From: an uncultured delta proteobacterium
Lineage (GTDB): Bacteria; Myxococcota_A; Polyangia; Polyangiales; JAFGIB01
Direction: 5' to 3'
Assembly (NCBI GenBank): GCA_963778655.1
Contig: CAVZVA010000010.1
Coordinates: 864,001-928,000, forward strand
Length of the DNA: 64,000 nucleotides
Each line of letters begins with the position of its first letter. The stretch's first letter is position 1. The notes under the pieces are model-generated. The model was not told the origin of the DNA. It made no database searches and was given only the letters and a program-made list of their open reading frames with translations. This document shows, one piece after another, positions 28,699 to 37,909 of this stretch. Made by a program: the position numbers and the translations under genes.

Positions 28699-30239
28699 GC
28701 GGGACCGCGCCCGCGAAGCCGATGGCGGCGGCGGGTGATCGGCTCGGCCGCGCGTTGCAGCTCGCCATGCTGGCGCTCTCGGCCGCGGCGTTGATCACGT
28801 TCGGCTGGACCGTGGCGGGACGCATCGGCTTTGCCTGGCCGCTCGAGTGGATGGAGGGCGCGAGCGTGCAGCACGCGCTGCGCCTGCTGCACGGCGAGCC
28901 GCTGTATCCGGCGCCAAGCGCGGCGTTCATCCCGTATCTGTACCCGCCGCTCTCGTACCTGCCGATGGCGCTTTCACTGCGGGTGTTCGGCCCGAGCTTG
29001 CCCGCCGCGCGCCTGGCCTCGCTCGGCTGCAGCCTGCTGTCGCTGTGGCTGCTGGGGCGCGCGGCGGCGCGCACCGCCCGTGACGCGACGTCCGTTGCAT
29101 CCCCGCATGCAGCCGGTGCGGATGCGACTCCAGCCTGCGCGGCGTGCGGCTGGCTCGCGGCCGCCACCTTCGCGCTCGGCTTCGGTTACACCGGCGCGTT
29201 TCTCGATCTCGCGCGCGTCGATGCCTGCTTCATCATGCTGGTGTTGGCCGGTGCCGAGCGCCTGCAGGCGGGAAGACCGCGGGCCGCGCTCGCCTGGCTG
29301 GCGTTGTCGGCTTTCGCCAAGCAGCACGGCCTGTTGTTGCTGCTGGGCGCTGCGCTCGGCTTGCTGGCGCAGGACCGCCGGCGTCACGGCGCGGCGGTGG
29401 CGATCGCGCTCGCTGCCGTGAGCGGCGTCTACGGGGCGCTCGCGCTCGCGACCTCCGGTTGGCTGGCGCGCTACTGCCTGCTGCTTCCGCTCGGGCATGG
29501 CTTGGAGTGGCCGCTGCTGGGCAGCTTCTTCCTGGTCGACCTGCTGCTGTACTTGCCGGTGCTCACGCTGGCGGCCGGTGCCGGGCTGTGGCGGCGCTGG
29601 CCGCGGCTCGGCCCGTTCGATGCCCTGTTGTGCGCAGCGCTGCTCGCGAGCGCGCTCGGCCGCGCCCATCCCGGCGGCCACGACAACGTGCGCCTGCCGG
29701 CGTTCGCGCTGCTGTGCATCGCCGGCGTCGCCCCGCTGTGCCGGCGCGCGCTCGAACCGGGTGCCGCGCGCGGGCGGCTGCTGGCGTTCTTCGCGCTGTG
29801 GGTGCAGCTCGCGATGCTGTGGCAGGCGCCGAGCGCGCACCAGCCGCCTGCAAGCAGCGCCGCATCGTTTGGCGCGTTGCGCGCCGCGCTGCAGCGCTGC
29901 GCCGGCGGCGGCTCCGCGGTGGCGCTCGACTATGCGCTGCTCGCGGGCACGCCCTTCGCGCACACCATGGCGCTTTCGGATCTGCGCATGGGCCGCGACC
30001 GCGTGCTCGCCCGCGCCGGCACCGCGGCAATGCTCGACGCGCTGGCTTCGCCGCAGGCCCCGGCGGCGGTCGCGGTGGGCGAGCGCTTCGCTGCGCTGCA
30101 GCGCGTGCTCCAGCGGCACTACCACGAGTGCGCGCGCGTGCCCGCGCCCACGCCGGCCACCGGCTACCGCCCCGGGCTTTTCACGCCGGGCGGCCTGGTG
30201 CAGATCGTCTACGCGCGCGGAGCCGCCGCTTCGCGCTAA
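28695..30239 (+). CDS. GT-C fold (GT39/ArnT-like) membrane glycosyltransferase
   Basis: EWMEG...GEPLY...YLYPPL, ARVD, AKQ motifs, multiple TMs; GTGA overlap with the SGNH gene. Confidence 0.7.
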   Translation: MSGTAPAKPMAAAGDRLGRALQLAMLALSAAALITFGWTVAGRIGFAWPLEWMEGASVQHALRLLHGEPLYPAPSAAFIPYLYPPLSYLPMALSLRVFGPSLPAARLASLGCSLLSLWLLGRAAARTARDATSVASPHAAGADATPACAACGWLAAATFALGFGYTGAFLDLARVDACFIMLVLAGAERLQAGRPRAALAWLALSAFAKQHGLLLLLGAALGLLAQDRRRHGAAVAIALAAVSGVYGALALATSGWLARYCLLLPLGHGLEWPLLGSFFLVDLLLYLPVLTLAAGAGLWRRWPRLGPFDALLCAALLASALGRAHPGGHDNVRLPAFALLCIAGVAPLCRRALEPGAARGRLLAFFALWVQLAMLWQAPSAHQPPASSAASFGALRAALQRCAGGGSAVALDYALLAGTPFAHTMALSDLRMGRDRVLARAGTAAMLDALASPQAPAAVAVGERFAALQRVLQRHYHECARVPAPTPATGYRPGLFTPGGLVQIVYARGAAASR

Positions 30240-30428
30240 ATCGGAGCTCGCGATTCGGGATCGCATCACGAGCTCTGATTTCTGCTTTGATTGTCAGGGA
30301 GTCGCGCCGACTCCCTGTGCGCGAGGCAAAGCCTCGCCCATTCACCGCTCTCGCGGTGGTGCGGCATCTGCCGCACCGCTGCATGACCGATCGGCATGGC
30401 CGTTCCCGAATCGTGATCGGTCATTTAG
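30236..30428. mobile_element. putative ~190-bp MITE with imperfect terminal inverted repeats, TA-flanked
   Basis: Left CTAAATCGGAGCTCGCGATTCGGGATCG vs reverse complement of right end CTAAATGACCGATCACGATTCGGGAACG (21/28); removal with one TA restores CTAG. Confidence 0.55.
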
Positions 30429-30442
30429 AGTCGGCGTCCGTC

Positions 30443-31645
30443 ATGTCGCCCGACACCACGCCCAGCTTGCTGCTCGCCCCTGAGCGCGAGCGCTCCTTGC
30501 TGCGCCGCCACCCCTGGGTGTTCTCCGGTGCGGTGCGGGAGCTGCGCGGGCAGGCCGAACGCGGCCAGACCGTGCAGGTGTGCGCCGCCGACGGCCGTTT
30601 TCTGGCCTGGGCGGCCTACAATCCGGGCTCGCGCATCGCCGCGCGGGTGTGGAGCTTCGAGCAGGCCGAGCGCATCGACGACGCGTTCTTCGCCCGCCGC
30701 GTGCAGGCCGCGCTGCAAGCCCGCCGCGCGCTGCTCGCCCCGGCCGACGCCGAGGCCTGCCGCCTGATCCACGCCGAGTCCGACGGCCTGCCCGGGCTCG
30801 TGGTCGACCGCTTCGGCGCGCAACTGGCGCTGCAGGCAACCTCGGCGGGCGCCGCGTGCCAGCGCGAGCCAATCGTGCGCGCGCTGTGCGAAGCGACCGG
30901 TCTGGACCGCGTCTACGAGCGCAGCGAGGGCGAGGCCCTGCAGCTCGAGGGGCTTTCGCCGCGGCAGGGCGTGCTGCACGGCGGCGAGCCCGACGCCGAG
31001 CTGGTGATCGAGGAGCGCGGCGTGCGCTACGTGCTCGACCTGCGCGGCGGCCACAAGACCGGTTTCTACCTCGACCAGCGCGACAACCGCAGCCTCGCGC
31101 GCAGCCTCGCGCCCGGGCGCGACGTGCTCGACTGCTTCTGCTACAGCGGCGGCTTCGCGCTCAGCGCGGCGCTCGGCGGCGCGCGCTCGGTGCAGGCCGT
31201 CGACAGCTCCGAGCACGCGCTCGCGCTCGGCCGGCGCAACGCGCGCTTGAATGCGCTGCCCGACCCGGCGATCGACTTCGTACGCGCGGACGTGTTCGCG
31301 TGGCTGCGCACGGCCCGTGACGCGCGCCGCAGCTACGACCTGATCGTGCTCGACCCGCCCAAGCTCGCGCCCACCGCGCGGCTGGCCGAGCGTGCGGCGC
31401 GCGCGTACAAGGATCTCAACCTGCTCGCGTTCAAGCTGCTACGGCCCGGCGGGCTCTTGCTGACCTTCTCCTGCTCGGGCGGCGTGTCGCGCGAGCTGTT
31501 TCAGAAGATCGTGGCCGGCGCCGCGCTCGACGCGCGCGCCGAGGCCGCGTTCGTGCGCCAGCTTGGCGCAGGCCCGGATCATCCGGTCGCGCTCGCGTTT
31601 CCCGAGGGCGAGTACCTCAAGGGGTTGCTCTGTCGCGTGGTGTGA
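30443..31645 (+). CDS. rlmI: 23S rRNA m5C1962 methyltransferase RlmI family
   Basis: RRHPWVFSGA, ESDGLPGLVVDRF, GHKTGFYLDQRDNR, LDPP, DHP...FPEGEYLKG. Confidence 0.92.
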   Translation: MSPDTTPSLLLAPERERSLLRRHPWVFSGAVRELRGQAERGQTVQVCAADGRFLAWAAYNPGSRIAARVWSFEQAERIDDAFFARRVQAALQARRALLAPADAEACRLIHAESDGLPGLVVDRFGAQLALQATSAGAACQREPIVRALCEATGLDRVYERSEGEALQLEGLSPRQGVLHGGEPDAELVIEERGVRYVLDLRGGHKTGFYLDQRDNRSLARSLAPGRDVLDCFCYSGGFALSAALGGARSVQAVDSSEHALALGRRNARLNALPDPAIDFVRADVFAWLRTARDARRSYDLIVLDPPKLAPTARLAERAARAYKDLNLLAFKLLRPGGLLLTFSCSGGVSRELFQKIVAGAALDARAEAAFVRQLGAGPDHPVALAFPEGEYLKGLLCRVV

Positions 31646-31828
31646 GTGCAGGTGCGCGCGCTCGGTTGAGGCGGGCGTGCGCGATCATTCGTGCTTGACG
31701 CCGCGCGCTGCACATGCCGCACAATGGATCGCGCAGCGCCCGTCGCCACGCGCGCGCACGGCATTTCAGGGGATGTGCCGCGCCGGCGGAGTGCGTATCG
31801 TCGGGCCACTTCTTCGAGGAGGAACGCC

Positions 31829-32581
31829 ATGTCACGCATCGGATATGCCTTGATCGCGATCTCGTTCGCGCTGGCCGCGCCCTTGGGCGCGCGCGCGCAG
31901 CAGGCGCAGGCCGGCGGGCAGGCCAGCGGCGGCGGCAGCGCCGACATCGAGCTCGGCGCGATCCATCCCAGTCAGGTCGAGATGAACGCGGGCGCGCGCT
32001 CGCGCGCCAGCCACGGCGGCGGGTCGGGAGGCGACGACGGCGTACGCCTGGGCGTGCAGCTGCGGCTCGACGCGCTCAACATGTTGGCGCTTTCCGCGCC
32101 CGATCTGCAGGGGCTGAACGCGGCGGCGGTCGGACGGCGCCTGCTGGTACCGATGGTCGCGCCGGGCGCGCGCTTCTTGCAGCAGCGCATGTTCTTGGGG
32201 CTTGGCCTGGGGTTGAGCGGCGCCAGCGAGAGCAACGGCAACAACAAGACCTCGCGCAGCGGCTGGTCGCTCTCGCCGCTCATCACCTATGACGTGCTGC
32301 GCGACCAGGTGGCCGCGCTCTACCTGGTCGGGCTGCTCAACATGGCGCGCCTGGGCGAGAGCCGGCGCTGCAACGCGGGCGGTTGCGTGGACCAGGCCGA
32401 CGATGTGTTCGGCTGGGGCCTCACGCTCGGCGCAGGTCTGAAGGGGATGCTCACCGAAGGTCTGGCGCTCGGCGGCGAGTTCGGCTGGGGCTTCCTCGAT
32501 CTCTCCGTCAGCAACGGCCCCGACGCCTTCGTTCACGGCCTGTTCGGCAACCTCTACTTGGAAGCCTCGGTCGGGCTGTAG
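31829..32581 (+). CDS. outer-membrane beta-barrel protein
   Basis: GAGGAG RBS, signal peptide, alternating amphipathic strands, terminal LEASVGL. Confidence 0.7.
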   Translation: MSRIGYALIAISFALAAPLGARAQQAQAGGQASGGGSADIELGAIHPSQVEMNAGARSRASHGGGSGGDDGVRLGVQLRLDALNMLALSAPDLQGLNAAAVGRRLLVPMVAPGARFLQQRMFLGLGLGLSGASESNGNNKTSRSGWSLSPLITYDVLRDQVAALYLVGLLNMARLGESRRCNAGGCVDQADDVFGWGLTLGAGLKGMLTEGLALGGEFGWGFLDLSVSNGPDAFVHGLFGNLYLEASVGL

Positions 32582-33012
32582 CCGTCACGGCGCTGCCCGT
32601 GGTACGGCGACCTCCAGCCTGGCCACGAACCCGCGGGAAGGAAGTAGTCTCCGGCGACAGACCGCGGACACTCGCGCGCCCGTGCGGCCGCTGCAATCTC
32701 TTGCGTCATCACGAACGCGCATAGTCGATTGAGACAGCTCCTCAGCCAGACGAAGCGCTATTGGATCGCCCACAGGGCAGCCACGGGCTCGAAGGTGATC
32801 GATGAACTCATCGATGCTGGCTTGCACCACAGTCCCTTTGACCGCAGGCGCCCAGCACCGAGCGTCGCTTCGACATCAGCGCGGAGCAGGACGCCGCCGC
32901 GGGCCTCGTCAGATCCAAGCTCTAGCTCAAGTCGTTGGGCGGCCCTTGGCGCACACGGCACCACTGGCAGGTCCTGGTTCACGCGATCACGCTCGCGTAC
33001 GCTGCCAGATCC

Positions 33013-33093
33013 GTGGTCGAAATCGTCGGAACAGTGGTCGATGTCGAAACGATCGCCAGCGGTCGCCAGATTCGAGAGCTCCGACGCCTGCAC
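33013..33093 (+). pseudogene. N-terminal remnant of a small conserved hypothetical (TA-associated type) protein
   Basis: EIVGTVVDVETIASGRQIRELRRL matches, from memory, the start of a widespread ~75-aa family; similarity ends abruptly. Confidence 0.4.
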
Positions 33094-33202
33094 GATCCGC
33101 CCTGTTGCCGCTTCTCTCCAGGAACGCACTACGTGGGCCAGTCCGCTCCGTTCCGTTGCCGGACAGACCCCACTGCGCCGGGCCGGGGTGCGAGCCCGCG
33201 GC

Positions 33203-34507
33203 TCAGCTGCCGTCGGCCCGTGTCGCTTCGCGGGTATGGCGGTAGCGCGCGATGGTGGTGGCCGGTGGGTTGACGCGCAGGATGCCGGCGGCGCCGTCCA
33301 CCAGCAGCGTGTCTTCGGGGCGGACCCAGGCGAACAGTCCGGCCACGTCGGCCAGCACTGGGACCGCGGCGGCGCGCGCCACCGCTACGCCCAGCGAGTC
33401 GTCGGGCAGCGGGCCGCCGGCGACCACGGCCGCGGCGCGCCCGCCGACCACGGTCAGCGCGGTGATCGCGGTCAGGCGCTCGGCCACCACCAGCACCTCG
33501 CCCGGGCTCGGCAGCGGCAGGCCGCTGGCGCAGGTCGCGAGCAGCAAGCACAGGTTCTCGACCTCGATCGCGCGCTGCTCGAGCAGCGGGTCGCCCTGGC
33601 TTGCGACGTAGGTGGCGACCGCGTACTCGCGGGCGACTTGCTTCAGGCCCGCGGCGATGCCGTGCTTCTGGCAGCGCTCGAGCGCGGTCGTGCGCAGGCG
33701 CTGGTCGTCCAGCATCAGCAGCAGTGAGCCGAGCGAGCCGCGCGCCGAAGGTTGCAGGTCTCCCTGCACGCGGCGCTCGGCCTTGCGCAGGATCGAGGAC
33801 ACGTCCTGGAAGGCCTGCTCGATGCGCGGCTCGGCGTCGTTGCTGCTGGTGCGCGGGGTGCGCAGCGCCTCCAGCGTGCCCAGCATGAATGCGCGGCCGA
33901 GCGCGGTGCCGGGCACCACGCTGTGCCCGTGCAGGCGCGCCGAGCGCGAGGGCGTGCGGCTGGCGTCGCCGCGGTGCTCGAGCGCGTGAGAAAACGTGGT
34001 CGCCAGCGCGGTGCCGAGCGCGACCTCGGTCTCGGCGAAGGCTGCGGCCTCCCCGCGCTGCAGCACCAGCACGCCCGCCACCGCGCCGCGCACCATCAGC
34101 GGAATCGCCAGCAAGCTCGGGAAGCGCTCCTCGCCCAGCTCCGGCACGTGCTTGTAGTGGACATCCTCCTGCGCGACCTGTGCGGAGATCGGCCGCATCA
34201 CCTCGGCCGCGGTGCCGGTGATGCCCTCGCCCAGGCTGAGCCGCACCTTGCCGATGGCCGAGGCCGGGAAGCCCACGTTGGCGCGCAGCACCAGGTGGTC
34301 GCCTTCGTCGCTCTGCTCGCGCACGTAGACGCTGACCACGTCTGCGTGTGCGATGGTGGCCGCGTGGCGACACATGCGCTGAAGGATCTTCGACAGCGGA
34401 CCGGCCTCGGACGCCGCTTCGATCAGACGCAGGATGCCGTCCACGCGCAGGTCGTCGCGCTCGTGCACGTGCATCCGAATCGGCTGGCGGTCGTCGTTCG
34501 CGGTCAT
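33203..34507 (-). CDS. GAF + degenerate PTS enzyme I (PtsP-like) N-terminal/His domains
   Basis: GAF (LGEGITG...YKHVPELGEERFPSLLAIP), EI-N-like helices, ARAAAVPV...LLVDGAAGILRVNP; ends without a PEP-binding barrel. Confidence 0.8.
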   Translation of the reverse strand: MTANDDRQPIRMHVHERDDLRVDGILRLIEAASEAGPLSKILQRMCRHAATIAHADVVSVYVREQSDEGDHLVLRANVGFPASAIGKVRLSLGEGITGTAAEVMRPISAQVAQEDVHYKHVPELGEERFPSLLAIPLMVRGAVAGVLVLQRGEAAAFAETEVALGTALATTFSHALEHRGDASRTPSRSARLHGHSVVPGTALGRAFMLGTLEALRTPRTSSNDAEPRIEQAFQDVSSILRKAERRVQGDLQPSARGSLGSLLLMLDDQRLRTTALERCQKHGIAAGLKQVAREYAVATYVASQGDPLLEQRAIEVENLCLLLATCASGLPLPSPGEVLVVAERLTAITALTVVGGRAAAVVAGGPLPDDSLGVAVARAAAVPVLADVAGLFAWVRPEDTLLVDGAAGILRVNPPATTIARYRHTREATRADGS

Positions 34508-34628
34508 GCTCGAGGCGTCATTGTAGGGCCAGCCGGGGCCGGCGCAATCGGCAATGCGGCGGCCGCCGGGACCGCCGTGCGGCACCCGCCCGACGCGCGC
34601 GCTTGCCCAGACGCAGGCGGCGTTCTAC

Positions 34629-34853
34629 ATGCTGGCCGTGGGTCAGCTAGGACGCATGCTGCTGCTGTTTTCCGCGCTGCTCGCGGTCGCCGGCGTCGTC
34701 CTGATCCTGGGAGACAAGCTCGGGCTCGGCCGCCTGCCCGGAGACCTGGTGTGGAAGCGCAAGGGCACGACCGTCTACTTCCCGATCGTGACCAGCATCC
34801 TGGTCAGCGTGGTGCTGACCGTGATCGTGAACCTGCTGCTGCGCCGCAAGTGA
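34629..34853 (+). CDS. DUF2905-family small membrane protein
   Basis: GRLPGD...VYFPIVTSILVSVVLT. Confidence 0.85.
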   Translation: MLAVGQLGRMLLLFSALLAVAGVVLILGDKLGLGRLPGDLVWKRKGTTVYFPIVTSILVSVVLTVIVNLLLRRK

Positions 34854-34895
34854 GCACGCGCGCGGTCGCGCGCCGCTCGTGCGGTGCGCCGGCGT

Positions 34896-35687
34896 TCAGC
34901 CTTCGCCCGCGCCCTCGTCGGCTGCGGGCTTCTTCTTGGTGAGGCCGCGCTGGCTGTCCATCCAGTCGAAGATCGGCCCGAAGCGCTCCAGGTAGTACTC
35001 GACCGCACCCGCGTGGGCGGCCAGCTTTTCGCTGAGCGTGCGGTAGAACCGCAGGTTCAGCGGGCCGGGGGGCGCGCGCATGGCGCGGCCTTGGCGCTCC
35101 AGGTCTTTGATCAGGGTCGACCACCAGCGCACCTGTCGCTGGAACAAGCGGTTCTGTGTGGCCTTGGCGACTTGGCGCCAGAACTCGACGCGAAAGCGGA
35201 CGATCTCTTCCGGAGTCGGCTTCTCGCTGACGCTCGCGATGATGTCGCGCAGCGCCGCGACCTCCTGCTCCGAGATGCGGCGCTGGGCCAGTACCAGCAG
35301 CGGCAGCATGAACAACGCCTGGTTCTCGAGCGCGTCCGTGGCTAGCTTGGCCTCGGGAGCCGACAGCTCCATCTGCAGCTGGATCAGGCGGATGTCGGTC
35401 GACTCGTCCGGATCGAGCACGATCGTGGCGCTGCCCTGGCGCACGCGGACCAGCCCGAGGTCCTCCAGCCGGTGGATCGCCTGGCGCACCACCAGCGCCG
35501 ATACGTTGAACTGCTTGGCCAGGTCGCGCTGGGTCGCCAGCGGCTCGCCCGGCTTGAGCTCCGCGGCGAGGATCGCGCGCGCGAGCGACTCGAACACGTG
35601 ATCGGCGATACGCTGCCGCACCGGCGGCTCGGCGCGAAACACGCCCGTGGTGCTCGGGTGGGAATCATCGGGGAGGGTGGATGCCAT
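34896..35687 (-). CDS. GntR/FadR-family transcriptional regulator
   Basis: LKPGEPLATQRDLAKQFNVSALVVRQAIHRLEDLGLVRVRQGS; FCD-like C-terminus. Confidence 0.9.
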   Translation of the reverse strand: MASTLPDDSHPSTTGVFRAEPPVRQRIADHVFESLARAILAAELKPGEPLATQRDLAKQFNVSALVVRQAIHRLEDLGLVRVRQGSATIVLDPDESTDIRLIQLQMELSAPEAKLATDALENQALFMLPLLVLAQRRISEQEVAALRDIIASVSEKPTPEEIVRFRVEFWRQVAKATQNRLFQRQVRWWSTLIKDLERQGRAMRAPPGPLNLRFYRTLSEKLAAHAGAVEYYLERFGPIFDWMDSQRGLTKKKPAADEGAGEG

Positions 35688-35916
35688 GGTCCGCTACTCT
35701 CGCTCGCTCGGCCAGCACGGGGCACTGGCTGGACCCACAGGGCACTTGGCGACCCCACCACCGCTTGGCATCCTATTATAAGTTGTCGAGATCTCAAGGG
35801 GTCCGTCCCCGATGCAGGTACCCCAAGCTAGGCAAACGGCGCGCGCAGCCGGCGATTCAGCGCAGCCGGAGAGCCGGTGGCTTGCGGGCGCCGGCGGGCG
35901 GCGCACAGTGGGGCCG

Positions 35917-36093
35917 GTGAGCGGGTCCGTTTCCACGCCGGAAGCAGGCTTGTGCGGTCGTTGCACACATCAGCGACAGGTGCGCTCGGCGCGCGGGGCC
36001 ACCTACCTGCTGTGCGGGCGCAGCCGCGACAATCCTGCCTACCCCAGATATCCAGGATTGCCGGTTCGCCGCTGCAACGGCTATGTCCCCGCC
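35917..36093 (+). CDS. small 4-Cys domain in frame with the downstream epoxide hydrolase
   Basis: GLCGRCTH...YLLCGRS...YPRYPGLPVRRCNGY; no stop before ATG 36094. Confidence 0.55.
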
Positions 36094-37044
36094 ATGCTGC
36101 ACCGCACGCTCGAGGTCGAGGGCCTGAGGCTGCACCTGGCCGAGCAGGGTGAGGGCCCGCTGGTGCTGTTGCTGCACGGCTTTCCGGAGAGCTGGTACTC
36201 GTGGCGACACCAGCTGCCGGCGCTGGCCGAGGCCGGCTTTCGCGCCGTGGCTCCAGACCAGCGCGGCTACGCCGACAGCGACGCGCCCGAGGCGCCCGAG
36301 AGCTACGACGTCGTCCAGCTGGCGCAGGACGCGGCTTCCTTGCTGGACGCGCTGGGGGAAACGCGTGCGGTGGTGGTGGGCCACGACTGGGGCGCCCAGG
36401 TCGCCTGGCAGATGGCGCTGTTGCACCCGCAGCGCGTGCGCGCGGTGGTGGGCATGAGCGTGCCGCACGGCGGCCGCTCCTCGAGCGCGCCGCTGCCTCG
36501 GCTGCGCAAGGCGTACGCGGACGCGTTCTTCTACATGCTCTACTTCCAGCAGCCCGGGGTGGCCGAGGCCGAGCTCGAAGCCGACGTCCGCCGCTCGCTG
36601 CGCATGTTCTACTATTCGGGCTCCGGCGAGGCGCCGGCGGGCAGCGCCTTCTCGGCGCGGCCCAAGAGCGCCAAGCTGCTCGACACCATGCTGGACACCG
36701 ACACGCTGCCCGCGTGGCTGAGCGCGGCCGACCTCGACTACTACACCGCCCAGTTCGAGCACAGCGGCTTTCGCGGCCCGCTGTGCTGGTACCGCAACCT
36801 CAATCGCAACTGGGAACGCACCGCCGCGCTTGCGGGCAAGCGGGTCGAGCAGCCCGCGCTGTTCATCGCCGGCGAGCGCGACCCGGTGCTCGGCTGGAGC
36901 ACGCGAGCGCTCGAGCGCATGGCCGAGCAGGTGCCGGGGTTGCGCGAGCAGCTGCTGCTGCCCGGCTGCGGCCACTGGGTGCAACAGGAACGCGCGCACG
37001 AGGTCAATGCCGCGTTGTTGCGTTTCCTCGGACAGCTCGAGTAG
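36094..37044 (+). CDS. alpha/beta hydrolase, soluble epoxide hydrolase type
   Basis: HGFPE, GHDWGA, YMLYFQ, WYRN, GHWVQQE. Confidence 0.92.
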   Translation: MLHRTLEVEGLRLHLAEQGEGPLVLLLHGFPESWYSWRHQLPALAEAGFRAVAPDQRGYADSDAPEAPESYDVVQLAQDAASLLDALGETRAVVVGHDWGAQVAWQMALLHPQRVRAVVGMSVPHGGRSSSAPLPRLRKAYADAFFYMLYFQQPGVAEAELEADVRRSLRMFYYSGSGEAPAGSAFSARPKSAKLLDTMLDTDTLPAWLSAADLDYYTAQFEHSGFRGPLCWYRNLNRNWERTAALAGKRVEQPALFIAGERDPVLGWSTRALERMAEQVPGLREQLLLPGCGHWVQQERAHEVNAALLRFLGQLE

Positions 37045-37052
37045 ATCACGGC

Positions 37053-37895
37053 GTGCAAACACGGCTGCCATTGTGGCAGGCGGCGCTCTGGGTGCTGCTG
37101 GGGGCCGCCGCCGCGCAGATCGCAGGCGGCATGGTCGCGGCGCTGTTGCGGGCGTGGCTGTTCGCGCGCGCGGCGCACACCCACCACGCCGCACCGCAGG
37201 CGGCAGTGGTGGTGCCGGCGCTGCTGGCTTCGGCCGCCACGCTGATCACGATCTCGCTGCTGGCGCCCACGCTCGCGCAGGTGCCGCTGCGGCGGGCGCT
37301 CGGCCTGCGCCGCGCGCCGTGGTCGTGCTACCTGGCGGCCGCGGTCGGCACCGTGATGCTGGGCCCCACGGCCGACGCCATGATGCGCGCGATGCAGGAG
37401 CTGCTGCCCGACCTCAGCCTGGGGGTCGTGCCGATGCTGCACGACCTCGTGCGCGATATGCCGGTGGCCCTGGCCTGGCCCGCGTTCGCGCTGCTGCCCG
37501 GCATCTCCGAGGAGCTGCTGTTTCGCGGTCTGCTGCAGACGGCCGCCGAACGCACCCGCTTCGCGATCGCGCTCTCCGCGCTGAGCTTCGCGCTGTTTCA
37601 CCTCGACCCGCACCATATTGCCGGCGTGTTGCCGCTGGGGTTCTTCTTGGCCTGGGTGGCTTCGCGCTGCGGCACCCTGGTCACCATCTGCGCGCACGTG
37701 GCCAACAACACTGCGGCCATCGCGGCGCTGCACAGCTCGACCTTCGACGTCGGCTACGGCACCGAGGCCCCGATGCCGCTCTCCTGGCTACCGGCCAGCC
37801 TGGCGGTGGTTGCCCTGTGCGCCGTGGTGATCGTGCGAGCGACCGAACGGCCGGCGGGCGGGTCGCTTCCCGGTTCCGAAACCGGCGAGTTGTGA
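37053..37895 (+). CDS. CPBP (CAAX/Abi) intramembrane protease
   Basis: EELLFRG, FALFH, HVANN. Confidence 0.88.
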   Translation: MQTRLPLWQAALWVLLGAAAAQIAGGMVAALLRAWLFARAAHTHHAAPQAAVVVPALLASAATLITISLLAPTLAQVPLRRALGLRRAPWSCYLAAAVGTVMLGPTADAMMRAMQELLPDLSLGVVPMLHDLVRDMPVALAWPAFALLPGISEELLFRGLLQTAAERTRFAIALSALSFALFHLDPHHIAGVLPLGFFLAWVASRCGTLVTICAHVANNTAAIAALHSSTFDVGYGTEAPMPLSWLPASLAVVALCAVVIVRATERPAGGSLPGSETGEL

Positions 37896-37909
37896 GCTAC
37901 GCTGCGCGC

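Noticed and set aside
32729..32960. Possible DUF3368/PIN-like remnant on the minus strand (GVLLRA...FIDHLRARG)
   Set aside because: Similarity is weak and split across frames; cannot be supported without a search
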